Source: Mobula hypostoma (Eukaryota). Taken from it: a stretch of 64,000 nt of DNA. The stretch covers positions 79,610,001 through 79,674,000 of the forward strand of contig NC_086097.1 in assembly GCF_963921235.1 (NCBI RefSeq). Reading direction: 5' to 3'. Under the pieces are notes generated by a model, which saw nothing but the letters and a program-made list of their open reading frames with translations, had not been told where the DNA came from and ran no database searches. Below are positions 1 through 12,325 of the stretch, piece after piece (position 1 is the first letter of the stretch; each line of letters begins with the position of its first letter). Position numbers and translations under genes: made by a program.

Positions 1-1639
1 GTTACTTAGGTCTTTTTTTTTTGATTATTTTATACTTAACAGAGATACCACAAAATTCTCTGCCTTTGAAGCTTCTGATGCAATGGTTCAAATGTGTAAT
101 TCGGAGTCATAAGGGCAAAATTGTTGGATTAAACTTTATCATTGTTATTTTCTGTGCGTTTAACAATTAATTATCTGCTTGTATTTTACATAACTACCTA
201 TATACATGTAACAGTTTAGTATGTTTCCTAGTGGTCACAGTATGTACATACAATTGTTCTGTGACCCCAAGTGGTTACAGTTCTTTGCAAGTTCTGGAAA
301 GTTCTCTGGTTTCATGTTATTTGAATAGGGGCTATCTAATTGGTTAACTCTTATCTACATATTTGAATGGAATGTTTCTAATCTATTGTATAAAAAGAGT
401 TGATTATATTGCCCATTATCTTTAGTCTTTTATTCACTTTACTCCTCATTTTCCTTCCCCGTTCAAGACTTTGTTACTGTCTGTTTCCAATTCCTTTGTT
501 CTATCAGCACTTACTAAAACGATTGTGAAGCAACAAGCTCCTGTTCCACTTTCTTGACTTCCAAAAGAACCTTGGATCAAAAACTTCAGAATCCAACATG
601 AGTGAACAGTAGATAGCAACAATCAGATTTTAAATTCCTTTTGTTTTGATACTCTTAGCTATCTAAATATACTATTTAGAAATTCTTACCCATTTCACTT
701 GAATGAGGTTTTGTAATAATTCAGGAGAGTCAAGAAGAATTCAGCTAACAGCAAATCGAAAATAATAGTATTGAAGTAAGCTACAATTGCAATGGTCTTA
801 ATGATCTGGGATGCAAAAGTTTCTAACTTGGAACCAGCTCCCAAAAGAAATTTAACAAAAAAAAAAGCTGCTTTGCAACTATTTTACTTAAGAAAGGCTT
901 AATTGTGTCATGCACATAGAAATGAAAATCAGTAGCGTTCAAGCAAGCAGTAGAAACATAAATGTTCCATGTACCATGGGCAATCCAATACACTTACAAT
1001 GATTTGACTTTTTTGTGGTTGGATTAACTAAATGTCAAGCAAATCTGTTACAATGACTAAATTCAGATGATCAATGCAAACTGGAACATTGCAAGGACAA
1101 CCAATTATACCAGCAGTAGAGTCTTGATAAGGTTTCATACTTGTACAACTGCAAAGGAAACTAATTTGTTGCAAAGGCCAATCTTTTGAAACTTGATATT
1201 TTAGAAAACAATTTCGCTACACTTTGAAATTTCTATGTATTATAAATTTTGAGTTATAACTTTGCAGTTATAAAATATGCAAAAAGATAAAACAATGCAT
1301 ACTCAACTATTAAAAGATAGAACACATTGGTTAATCTGGATTACATTAAACATTTAAAAATCTATCAATTACTTTTTTAATCTCTACACTTTTTAAAAAT
1401 TCATCCAGTGTTGATTATAAATTATATTTTATATAGACTGTTGATGAAGGACATTCCAGTGGTGCTTCATCTTGCAAAAGCCAGTTACTAACCAGAAACT
1501 GAAATAAATCATATTTGTGAGTCATCAACAAAAAACATATTTGTGAGTCATGAACCAACTCAAATGAAAGAGATTATAAAATTTCATTGGAAGACTTGTC
1601 TACAAGTTCAGCCACTTCAAAGCCCTCAACAGCAAACTG

Positions 1640-2165
1640 GTGTATTGCTGCAGATGTACAGGGTGTTGCTGAGGCTACACCAAGAATATTGCAGTTTGGT
1701 TCTCTTACCTAGGAAAGGATTTAGTGGCATTGGAGGAAGTCTTAAAGCAGATTTATCAGGCCATCTCCTGGGGTTAGAATGCTGCCCTACAAAGAGATCT
1801 ATGACTAAATTGTTGGATCTCTATTCTTTGGAGTATGGAAAAATGAGATATCACCTTACCGAAATATTTAAGATCCAAAGGGGACTTGACAGGGTAGACA
1901 TTGAATGATTTCATGAGCGGGAGAGTCTCAAAAGGGGCATAGATTGAAGATAAGAGATGAGTCACTTGAAACTGTGGTATGTAGAAACTTCTTTTCTATC
2001 CCAGAGAGCTAGTTGTGGAGGCAGATTGTTAGAAGTATTTAAAATGGAAGTAGATAAATTTTGAGAGATTGTAGGATTAAGGCTGAATTGCGATCTGGGA
2101 TGGCCTATTGAAAGGTGGGGCAGACTCGAGGGGCCTAGTGGCCTATTCCTGCTCATATGTATTTT
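1640..2165 (+). mobile_element. Degraded CR1 LINE 3' fragment
   Basis: LLQMYRVLLRLHQEYC and LDLYSLE..MRYHLTEIFKI resemble the CR1 ORF2 C-terminus; CR1-type 3' end GGCCTATTCCTGCTC. Confidence 0.75.
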
Positions 2166-2628
2166 CTTGGGTTTAATGGTTCACAAGTTACTTACTATTA
2201 GCTAAGATTTTGAGGTTGTTGACATGACCTAAGTTCTGTTTAATAGGACAGTTCTTATTTAAGCAGCAAGCAGAATTCAATTGAAAACATCTAATTCGTC
2301 CGTTCTAATCAACGAGTAGAATGAGGTACATGAGAAAGTACAGAATAAAGCATTTTTTGTTGTCAACTTATTAATTTGAATCATTCAGTGCCCTTCTCAC
2401 TAATCTTTTTTCTGCTTCCTGTTGGAAGGGCATTGATGAGGGTCTTCAGAGTAATATACATGAGCAAAATATTTCCATCCTCATTTCACTGGCTAGTAAA
2501 CTAACTATGCTGCCACATTTTTGACAGAGACTGTTCTAATCAGAAATAAATAGTAGATACTGTACCTTACTATGGAGATATACTTGAAAATGTGAAGTAA
2601 ATTGGAGTAAATTGGCCAAGTAAACTAA

Positions 2629-2632
<4 letters not shown>

Positions 2633-2714
<82 letters not shown>
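2633..2714. repeat. Compound microsatellite (TG)n-AC-(AG)n
   Basis: (TG)n at 2633-2678 and (AG)n at 2681-2714, read directly. Confidence 0.98.
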
Positions 2715-2715
<1 letters not shown>

Positions 2716-3579
2716 AAGGAATATATATGGAGAGAATAGAGAGAGAGTGAGAAAAAAGGGAGAGAAAGAACTAGAAAGAAAAGGAAAGAAAGAATTGGCA
2801 GGAGTTAAGGGGAAAAACACCTCCTTGAAAAGTTAAATGAACATACTGAAAATATATAGGTTACTTAAATTTCTGAAATTGCAGGTAATGCTTTGAATGC
2901 AAACCTTCTGTCAAAACCAACACCACTCAAGGGCTTGACAAAAAGTGAAAAGTAAAGTCTAGAAGATAAAACTACCACCAGTTTAAAAAAAATTCAGTTA
3001 AAGAATGATGTTCAGATTAAAGGTGAGGCTAGAGTTTGGAAAGGATTGGGACTGAAGAGGAATTTTGGAAAAGCATGTTGTGTGGGAGACATGGGAGAGA
3101 CAAAATAATATCAATACACAAGAAGAGTGGTTGAGTCTAAGTAACAGATATACTTGATTTAATCCTCCTGTAGTGAACATGAGCAAGTAATTAAAATACT
3201 GATAAGATGAGTTAAGCATAGATATAAAGTAGCATGTGGCCTGCAATAAGTGGCTTTATCTCAATTAACCATAACAATCAGAACAAATTCCATAACAAAG
3301 TGAATTTTCCCCAAGGGCTTCAGAAGAGTATTATTTTAAGAAAACAAACAGTATTTAGGGCAAAGGCCAAAATGTTTTATTAAAAAGAAAGGTCTCAAGG
3401 AGCACCATCAGCATGCCCAAGATGAAGAGTGACAGTAAGCGAGAAGGATGGAGTATGAGAGGGAGAGCCAGTGTGATGGAAACCTGAAGAAAGATAGCAA
3501 TTGTTAGCAAGACCAAGACCAAGAGTTGTTTAGAAAAAGAATTCCAATTTATGGCAATTGAAAGGTCCAGCCAGATTGA

Positions 3580-4300
3580 AGCTATAGCCAGGAGAGCACA
3601 TTAGCACATCTACTTCCTTAGAAGACTAAGGAAATTTGGCATATCCCCAATGATCTTCACCAATTTTTACAGATACAACATTTAGGAGCAATTTGCATAG
3701 GTAAATGGATAGGAAAGATATGGAGGGCTATGATTTGGCTGAAGGTCAATGGGACTAGGTAGATTAATAATTTGCATAGACTAATTGGGCCAAAGGCCTT
3801 GTTGCTGTGTTGTAGTGTTCTATAACTCTATTAGAAAGTATCCTTTCCAAATGTATCAAAGTTTGGTATACCATCTGCTCTGCCCAAGACTACAGAAAAT
3901 TGAAAATTGTGATTGCAGCCTGGTCTATCACAATAATCAGTCTTCTCCCCATTGACTCTGCCTACACTTTCTGCTGCCCCAAGAAAGCAGCCAGCATAAT
4001 CAAGGTCCCTTCCTACCCCAAGCATTCTCCTCAATTCCACTGGCAGAAGATACAAAAACTTGGGAACCTGTACCACCAGGCTCAAGGACATCTTCTTTCT
4101 CACTGTTATTAGGCTTCTGAATATGATAAAGGTGAACTCTTGTTCCTTACTCTACATTGTCATGGCCCTTGCACTTTATTTGTCTTTGTACAGCACACTT
4201 TCACTGTAACTTGAACTCTATATTCTGCATTCTGTTTCATTTTTCTTTTGTACCAGCTTGATGTACTTATTTATGAAATGATCTGTCTGACAGCATGGAA
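3580..4300 (+). mobile_element. Degraded Rex1/Babar LINE 3' fragment with a nested CR1 3' tail (~3690-3830)
   Basis: YFLRRLRKFG-like sequence and KKAASIIK motif of the Rex1 C-terminus; the CR1 tail GGGCCAAAGGCCTTGTTGCTGTGTTGTAG interrupts it. Confidence 0.65.
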
Positions 4301-4559
4301 ACAAAGGGGCATGATTATAAGTAGCTAAATTGTTAAAAAAAAAAAGCACACAGGAGAACATCTTCTGGAATCACTACACTATCTTGGCACATGTGACAAT
4401 AATGAACCAATTACCAAACACAACCACTGATGGTTAAGCGATTAAATTCAGGAGTCATGAAGATTTCGAGGAAATTGGAGAAGATGGTAGAGATGGCCAA
4501 AGAAGCCATTTGAAAATAAAAAATAAAATATGTGTTTGCTAACTAAGAGCTCATGCTGG

Positions 4560-4833
4560 TCAGCACAGTACCATAGTGGTTAGCATAACACTTTACAGCA
4601 CAGGTGACCTTGCTTCATTTCCCGCTGCTGCCTGTAAGGAGTTTGTACGTTCTTCCCGTGATTATGCGGGTTTCCTCTGGGTGCTCCGGTTTCCTCCGAC
4701 AGTCCAAAGACCTACTGGCTAGTAGATTAATTGTCCCGTAATTAGGATTAAATTGGGGGATTGCTGGGCAATGCGGCTCGAAGGGCCGGAAGGGCCCATT
4801 CCATGCTGTATCTCAATACATAAATAAATAAAT
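4560..4833 (+). mobile_element. tRNA-derived V-SINE (HE1-like)
   Basis: A-box-like TAGTGGTTAG, V-domain-like core GGAGTTTGTACGTTCTTCCCGTG...GGTTTCCTCTGGGTGCTCCGGTTTCCTCC, CR1-like 3' tail ending in (TAAA)n. Confidence 0.8.
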
Positions 4834-5029
4834 ATTGATGGGCGATTGGCACTTCATACAAGTTACTGCTTGAAATTATCCAGTACTCTGCTGCTGAAGT
4901 TATGCAAGAGGGAGACAGTTCTGGAACATGCTGATTAGGTCAAGTCTGGAATAACAAAAGCATGAAAGGTGGATTCAGAAACTTCTGCATTGCAGACTGG
5001 GGGTGGGATGGGGGAGTCAGGCATTATTA

Positions 5030-5590
5030 CAGAGCTATGCAGTTCAGAGTTAAACTGAAGTCATATATTGAAGGGTATTCGACAGGGGGAAAATTACAAT
5101 GATCTAGGTTAGACAATGTGGAAGCAGACATCGCTATGGGTATGTTAATGCAGAGATTAGGAGGGTACCACTGCAAATTAGTGAGCTTAGGAGATGCTAG
5201 GTGCAGTGTTAGAAATACCTCAGCCTTGTCCAGCAGGAACAATATTCTTATTGCCTGTCTGGATAAAGACAAAGAATGTAGAGTGGATTAGCAAATTGAT
5301 CAAGGTTCAGTGGTGCAAAGGGTTATTCAAGAGAATTATTAAAAGGAATTCTCTAGTGCTAGGTGTTATTATAGACAGGAAGATACTGATCTCTGCAGTT
5401 TCAATGCAGATTTCTGTTGGTGTCCTTCACAGCCATTGCCTCACAGCCTGAGAACAACAAGAATTAACTGGGAGGATCCAGTGATATATTCAGAACTAGG
5501 AACAAGGTTCTGGTGAGCAAGTTTGACAGCTAGGGTTAAAATTAAAATACAAAATCTTATAAATAATAATCTCTGGATTGTTATCTTAAT
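5030..5590 (+). mobile_element. Possible highly degraded CR1 ORF1 (esterase) remnant
   Basis: RNSLVLGVIIDRK resembles RRAVVIGDSIVRG of the CR1 ORF1 at 12750-12790; weak. Confidence 0.35.
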
Positions 5591-5874
5591 AATAAATAAA
5601 TTCATATAATTATAAGATTAAGGGAGCTAAATTTTAAAAAAGACACCGGAGAACATTTGTTGGAATCACACTACCACTACCTATTCAACCATGTAGAGAA
5701 TGTGCATGAAAATAGCTTTGTTGCATCATCATTATCATCATCAGTTGCCATGCCCAGTTTGAGCTTCGACTGCCATGGCCCACACGTTTGCATATTACCA
5801 CGATTATAGCGATTGTATAAAAAGTGCTAGAAATACTAGGCATGTCAGGCAGTTTTTTGTGAAGAGTAAACAGT

Positions 5875-6448
5875 TAAAGTCAAAGTGAAAGTAAAATGTA
5901 TTAACTAAGTATGTATATGTCACCGTATGGTACCTTGAGATTTATTTTCTTTCAGACATTTACAGGAAAAACGAGGAAATAACAAAAAACTACACATAAA
6001 CAAAAAACAAGAAGCAACCAATGTACATAAGAAGGTAGGTTGTGTAAGTGAAAAAATCCTGAGAACACAAGTTATAAAGAGTCCTTGAAAGTGAACCAGT
6101 AGGTTGCAGAATTCATTCAGAGATGTGGTGAGTGAAGTTATCCACACTGGTTCAGGAACCTGCTGGTTTTAGGGTAATAACTGTTTCTGAACTTGGTAGT
6201 GTGAGACCAAAGCTTCTGTATCTCTTGCCTGAGGGTAGCAGTGAGAAGAGAGCATGGGCTGGGTAATAGGGGTGTTTGCTGTTTTTTTTGTGCCAATGCT
6301 CCATGTGAATGTATTCAATCATGGGGAGGGCTTTACCTACGATGAAATGGGCTGTATCCACCACTTTCTGCAGACTTTTCTATTCCTGGGAATTGGTGTT
6401 TCCGTACCTGGCCACAATGCAGCCAGTTAGGATATTCTCCACTGTGCA
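5875..6448 (-). mobile_element. Rex1/Babar LINE 3' fragment
   Basis: ORF 6152..6364 has HALFSLLPSGKRYRS; 3' UTR is similar to the copy at 11572-12122. Confidence 0.8.
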
Positions 6449-9239
6449 CAGAACATAGAAATCTACAGCACATTGCGGGCTCTTTGGCCCACAATGTTGT
6501 GCCGACCATGTAACCTACTCTAGTAACTGCCTAGAATTACCCTACTGCATAGCCCTCTATTTTTCTAGGCTCCATGTACCTACCTAAGAGTCTCTTAAAA
6601 CACCCTATTGTATCTGCCTCCACCACTGTCGCTGGCAATGCATTCCACGCACCCATCATTCTCTGTGTGAAAAACATACCCCTGACATTCCCTAGGTACC
6701 TACTTCCAAGCACCTTAAAACTATGGCCCCTCAATGTTAGCCATTTCAGCCCAGGGAAAAAGCCTTGGCAATCCATATGATCAATGCCTCTCATCACCTT
6801 ATACACCTCTATCAGGTCACCTCTCATCCTCTGTCGGGCAAGGAGAAAAGGCCAAGTTCACTCAACCTATTCTCATAAGGCATGCTCTCCAATCCAGGCA
6901 ACATCCTTGTAAATCTCCTCTGAACTCTTTCTATAGTATCCACATCCTTCCTGTAGTGAGGGGACCAGAACTGAACACAGTACTCCAAGTGGAATCTGAC
7001 CAGGGTCTTATATAGCTGTAACATTTCCTCATGGCTCTTGAACTCAATCCCACGATTGATGAATGCCAACACACCATACACCTTCTTAATAACACTGTCA
7101 ACCTGCGCAGTGGCTTTAAATGTCTTATGAACACGTACCCCAAGATCTCTCTGACCCTCCACACTGCCAAGAGTCTTATCATTAATATTATATTCTGTCT
7201 TTAAATTTGACCCACCAAAATGAACCACTTCCATTTATCTGCGTTGAACTCCATCTGCCACTTCTCAGCCCAGTTCTGCTTCTTATCGATGTCCCACTGT
7301 AAACTCTGACAACCCTCCAGACTATCCACAACACCCCAACTTTTGTGTCATCAGCAAACCTACTAACCCACCCTTTTACTTTCTTATCCAGTTCATTTAT
7401 AAAAAATCACAAAAAGGAGGGGTCCCAGAACAGATCCCTGTGGAATACCACTAGTCACCAAACTCCATGCAGAATACAAACCCTCTACAACCACCCTTTG
7501 CCTTCCCTGGGCAAGCTAATTTGGGATCCACAAAACAAGGTCTCCTGGATCCCGTGTCTGCTTACTTTCTGAAAGAACCTTGCAGGGGAACCTTATCAAC
7601 CTTACCTTGTCTTACTGAAATCCATATACACTACACCCACTGCTCTACCTTTGTCAATGTGTTTTGTTACATCCCCAACGAATTCAATCAGGCTCGTAAG
7701 GCACGGCCTGCCCTTGACAAAACCATGCTGACTATCCTTAATCAGATTATGTCTCTCCAAAGACTCATAAATCCTGCTTCTCAGGACTACCCACCACTGA
7801 AGTAAGAGTCACTGGTCTATAATTTCCTGGGTTATCTCTACTCCCCTTCTTGAACAAGGGAGCAACATCTGCAACCCTTCAATCCTCCAGTACTTCTCCC
7901 GTCCCTATTGAGCATGCAAAGATCATCGCTCAGCAATCTCCTCCCTCGCTTCCCACAGTAACCTGGTGTATATCTTGCCCAGTCCCAGCGACATATCTAA
8001 CAATGCCTTTCAAAAGCTCCAGCACATCCTCTTTCTTAATGTGTATATGCTCAAGTGTTTCAGTCCGTTGTAAGACATCCTCACAACTGCCAAAGTCCTT
8101 TTCCCTGGTGAATACTGAAAGAAAATATTCATTAAGTTCCTCTGCTACCTCCTCTGACTCCAAGCACACATTTCCACTATCGTACCTGATAGTCACATTT
8201 CTCACATGGCTCATCCTGTTGCTCTTCATGTACTTGTAGATTGGTTTGGGGTTTTCCTTAATCCTGCTCGCCAAGGCCTTCTCATGGTTCGTTCTAGCTC
8301 TCCTAATTTCCTTCTCAGCTCCTTCCTGGCAACCTTGTAATTTTCTAGAACTCTATCAGTACCTAGTTTCTTGAACCTTTCATACACTTTTCTTTTTTTC
8401 TTAACTAGATTTTCCAAATTCTTTGTATACCATGATTCTTTTACCCTACCATCCTTTCCCTGCATCAATGGAAGATACCTATGTAGAATGCCATACCAAT
8501 GTTCCCGGAACATTTACCACATTTCTGATATGCAATTCCCTGAGAACATCTGCTCCCAATTTATGCTCTCATGTTCCTGCCTAATAGCAGCATATTTCCC
8601 CTACCCCAGTTAAATATTTTCCCAATTTGTCTGCTCCTATCCCTTTCCAGCGCAAAGGTAAAGGAGATAAGAGTTGTGATCACTATCTCCAAAATGCTCT
8701 CCCACCAAGAGATCTGACACCTAACCAGGTTCATTTCCCAATACCAGGTCAAGTACAGCCTCTCCTCTGATTGTCTTACCTATATATTGCATCAGAAAAC
8801 CTTCCTGAACACACCTAATAAACTCCACCCCATCTAAACCCTTTGCTCTAAAGAGATGCCAGTCCATGTTAGGAAAGTAACAACAACCCTACTATTATTG
8901 CACCATTCCAGAATCTGTCCCTGTTACTATGGGGGGGGAGGGGTCTATTAAAAGCACCCAGTAGAGTTATTGCCCCTTTCCTGTTTCTGACTTCCACCCA
9001 CACTGCCTCAGTAGATAATCCCTCCATGACTTCCTCGTTTTCTGCAGCAGTAACAGTATCCCTGATTAGCAATGCCACACCTCCACCTCTTTTGTCTCCC
9101 TTCCTGTCCTGTTTGAAATATTTAAAGCGGCGGTCCCCAACCACCGGGCTGCAAAGCATGTGCTACTGGGCTGCGAGGAAACGGTATGAGTCAGCTGCAC
9201 CTTTCCTCATTCCCTGTCAGACACTGTTGAACTTGAACA

Positions 9240-9837
9240 TAGGGTTGCCAACTGTCCCGTATTTGCTGGGACATCGGGTATTGGTTTGTCCCATACGGGA
9301 CTGCCCTTGTCCCGTATTTCCCCCACTAAGGTAGAGCTTTCCTATGAAACCTTTCATGCAAAAATGGCGTAAAGCGAAGAAGCAATTACCATTAATTTAT
9401 ATGGGAAAAATTTTTGAGCGTTCCCAGACCCAAAAAATAACCTACCAAATCATACCAAATAACACATAAAACCTAAAGTAGCACTAACATATAGTAAAAG
9501 CAGGAATGATATGATAAATACACAGCCTATATAAAGTAGAAATAATGTATGTCCAGCGCAGACAGGAAGATTAAGCCAAAACCGATTTGTGGGAAAAAAA
9601 ATCGGCACGTACGCGCATGCGCACACAGGTGCCCGCGCAAGGCTTCATGGTCATGGTAGTCTTTCTCGGGGTAAACACAAGTGTCCCGTCAACACACACA
9701 AAAAATGCTGGTGAACGCAGCAGGCCAGGCAGCATCTATAGGAAGAGGTACAATTGACATTTCGGGCCGGGACCCTTAGTCAAGATTTGACTGCTACTTT
9801 TGTCCCTTATTTGGGAGTGAGAAAGTTGGCAACCCTA
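9240..9837. mobile_element. Inner TIR element (hAT Blackjack-like) nested in the Charlie-like element
   Basis: 14-bp perfect TIRs TAGGGTTGCCAACT / AGTTGGCAACCCTA with repeated subterminal TGTCCCG motifs; no TSD recognisable. Confidence 0.7.
9689..9785 (-). mobile_element. Penelope terminal (pLTR) fragment with a decayed hammerhead motif
   Basis: Closely similar to 56025-56120, the terminus of the Penelope element. Confidence 0.85.
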
Positions 9838-10798
9838 ACTGTAAAAGACATGTTGAGGTGAGTTTAACCCTACTTGAACAGCAACCACCCCCCCACCCCG
9901 GCCAGTCTGCAAGAATATTGTCAATATTAAACCGGTCCGCGGTGCAAATAAGGTTGGGGACCCCTGATTTAAAGCCTGGCACACTCAGCAGCCATTTCTG
10001 CCCCTGCCCCTGAGACATCTAAGTCTCTGTAACAGCTGCAACGTATTGATCCACGCTCTAAGTTCACCTGCCTTGTTTATGATACTCCTTGCATTAAAAT
10101 AAACACATCTCAAACCATCAGGCTGAGTGCATCTTTGCTCTACCACCTGCCTATCCTTCCTCACAAACTCCCCACAAGCTATCTCTACTTATATGCCAAC
10201 CTCTCCATCCTGTACCTCTTCACTTCAATTCCCACCCCCCTGCAAATCTAGTTTAAACCCTCCTCAATAGCATTAGCAAACCTCCCTGCCAGGATATCAG
10301 TCCCTCCCGGATCCAAGTGCAACCCATCCTTTTTGTACAGGTAATACCTGCCCCAGAAATCCGAATCCATGCCCCCTGCTCCAATCCTTCAGCTAAGCAT
10401 TTATCTACCACCTCATTCTATTCCTATACTCACTATCGTGTGGCACAGGCAGCAATCCTGAGATTACTACCCTTGAAGTTCGCTACATACATCAAAGTTG
10501 CTGGTGAACGTTTTACTGAACTCCCGTCGAAGAGAGTTACTACCCTTGAAGTTCGCTTCTCAGTTTCCTTCCTAACTCCTTGTATTCTGCTTTCAGGACC
10601 TCCTCCCTCTTTCCACCTATGTCGTTGGTACCAAAATGTACTACGACCTCTGGCTGCTCACCGTCTCTTTTCAGGAGATTGTGGACCCATTCAGAAACAT
10701 CACGAACCCTGGCACCTGGGAGGCAAACTACCATCCATGTTTCTTTTTCGCACCACAGAATCGCCTATCTGTCCCCCTAACTACAGAATCCCCTATTA

Positions 10799-11218
10799 AC
10801 CATATAAAAATTACAGCGCAGAAACAGGCCATCTTGGCCCTTCTAGTCTGTGCCAAACTCTTACTCTCACCTAGTACCACCGACCTGCACTCAGCCCATA
10901 ACCCTCCATTCCCTTCCTGTCCATATAGCTATCCAATTTAACTTTAAACAACAACATCGTACCTGCCTCAACCACTTCTGCTGGAAGCTCATTCCACACA
11001 GCTACCACTCTCTGAGTAAAAGTCCCCCTCATGTTATCCCTAAACTTTTGTCTTTTAACTCTCAACTCATGTCCTCTTGTTTGAATCTTCCCCACTCTCA
11101 ATGGAAAAAGCCTATCTGTGTCAACTCTATCAATCCCCCTCATAATTTTAAACACCTCTATCAAGTCCCCCCTCAACCTCAACCTTCTACGCTCCAAAGA
11201 ATAAAGAATAAAAATAAA
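10799..11218 (-). mobile_element. CR1 3' fragment nested in ORF1 of the host CR1
   Basis: LYSLERRRLRLRGDLIEVFKIMRGIDRVD; host ORF1 resumes after 11220; possible TATTA duplication at 10794-10798 and 11219-11223. Confidence 0.85.
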
Positions 11219-11571
11219 TATTACTGCTGCCATTCTCTTCTGCTCCTGACCCTTCTAAGCCACTGGGCCAGACTCAGTGCCACAGGCACAGCTGCTGTTG
11301 CTTGCCCCAGGTAGGTCGTCGCCCCCAACAGTACTCAAAATGGAGTACTTATTGTTAAGAGGGATGGCCACAGGGGTGCTCTCCACCTCATGAAGCTCTC
11401 TCTTCCCTATTCTGACAGTCACCCACTTATCTGTCTCCTGTGACCCCGGTGTGACTACCTGCCTGTAGCTCCTATTGATCACTTCCTCACTTTCCCTAAC
11501 AAGCCGAAGATCATCAAGCTGCAGCTTGATGCACCTGGTGCAGATGTGGTTATCAGGTATCTTTGCATCTC

Positions 11572-12122
11572 AAAGCTCAAAGTAAATTTATTATCAAAGT
11601 ACATATATGCCATCTCTGAGACTTATTTTCTTGTGGGCATATTCAATAAAGCCATAGAATAATACCCATAACAGAATCGATGAAAGACCGCACCAACTTG
11701 AGCATTTAACCAGTGTGCAAAGGACAGCAAACTGTACAAATACAGAAAAAAAGAAACAAATAATGATAATAATAAGAAGAAATAAATAAGAAACAAATAT
11801 CGAGAAGATTCCTTGAAAGTGAGTCCTTCAATGATGGGATAAGTGAAACTAAGCGAAGTTTTCCCCTTTGGCTCAGGAGCCTGATGATTGAGGGGGAATA
11901 ACTGTCTCTGAATCTAGTGGTATGAGTCCTGAGGCTCCTGTGCCTTCTTCCTGCTGGAAGCAGCGAGAAGGGAAAATGTCCTGTTTGGTGGGGGTCCCTG
12001 ATGATAGATGCTGCTTTCCTACAACAACATTTCATGTAGATATGCTCAATAGTGGGGAGGGCTTTATGTATGATGGACTGGGCTGTATCCATTACTTTTT
12101 AGTAAGATTTTCCATTCAAGGG
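11572..12122 (-). mobile_element. Rex1/Babar 3' part, split by the full-length CR1
   Basis: ORF 11706..12092 has KAASIIRDPHQTGHFPFSLLPAGRRHRSLRTHTTRFRDS; continues at 16261. Confidence 0.85.
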
Positions 12123-12325
12123 CTCGGGGAGAAGGGTCTGCACTGCGCAGGCACGTGACGTAGCGCGCCAAGGTTTAAAAAGCAGACCACCATATACAGC
12201 GGCCATCGTCAGAGTGGACTGAGTCAGAGTGGGGTGGCTTTGGCTCAACAGGCTTCGGCGAGAACAGGCAGAGGCCAGGGTAGGTTCTGGTAAGTTTTTT
12301 GTTCAGAATGTCTAGCGTAGAGAGA

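Larger units (their letters stand above)
9128..9966. mobile_element. Non-autonomous hAT (Charlie-like) DNA transposon inserted in the CR1
   Basis: TIRs CGGCGGTCCCCAACC / GGTTGGGGACCCCTG; perfect 8-bp TSD ATTTAAAG at 9120-9127 and 9967-9974. Confidence 0.9.
6449..11557 (-). mobile_element. Long decayed CR1 LINE (ORF1 part, APE endonuclease, internally deleted RT, 3' end) carrying nested insertions
   Basis: Fragments LYKTLVRFHLEYCVQFWSP, KRGGGVALLI, VVCLPGARVRDVSE..VVVHFGTND and VAIPLNNKY, colinear with the plus-strand CR1 at 12124-16262. Confidence 0.9.

Noticed and set aside
255..598. Possible solo LTR (TG...CA with TATAAAAA)
   Set aside because: No TSD and no second copy in the window; cannot be supported.
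2536..2836. ORFs on both strands with HT/VC/ER repeats
   Set aside because: Translation of the (TG)n(AG)n microsatellite.
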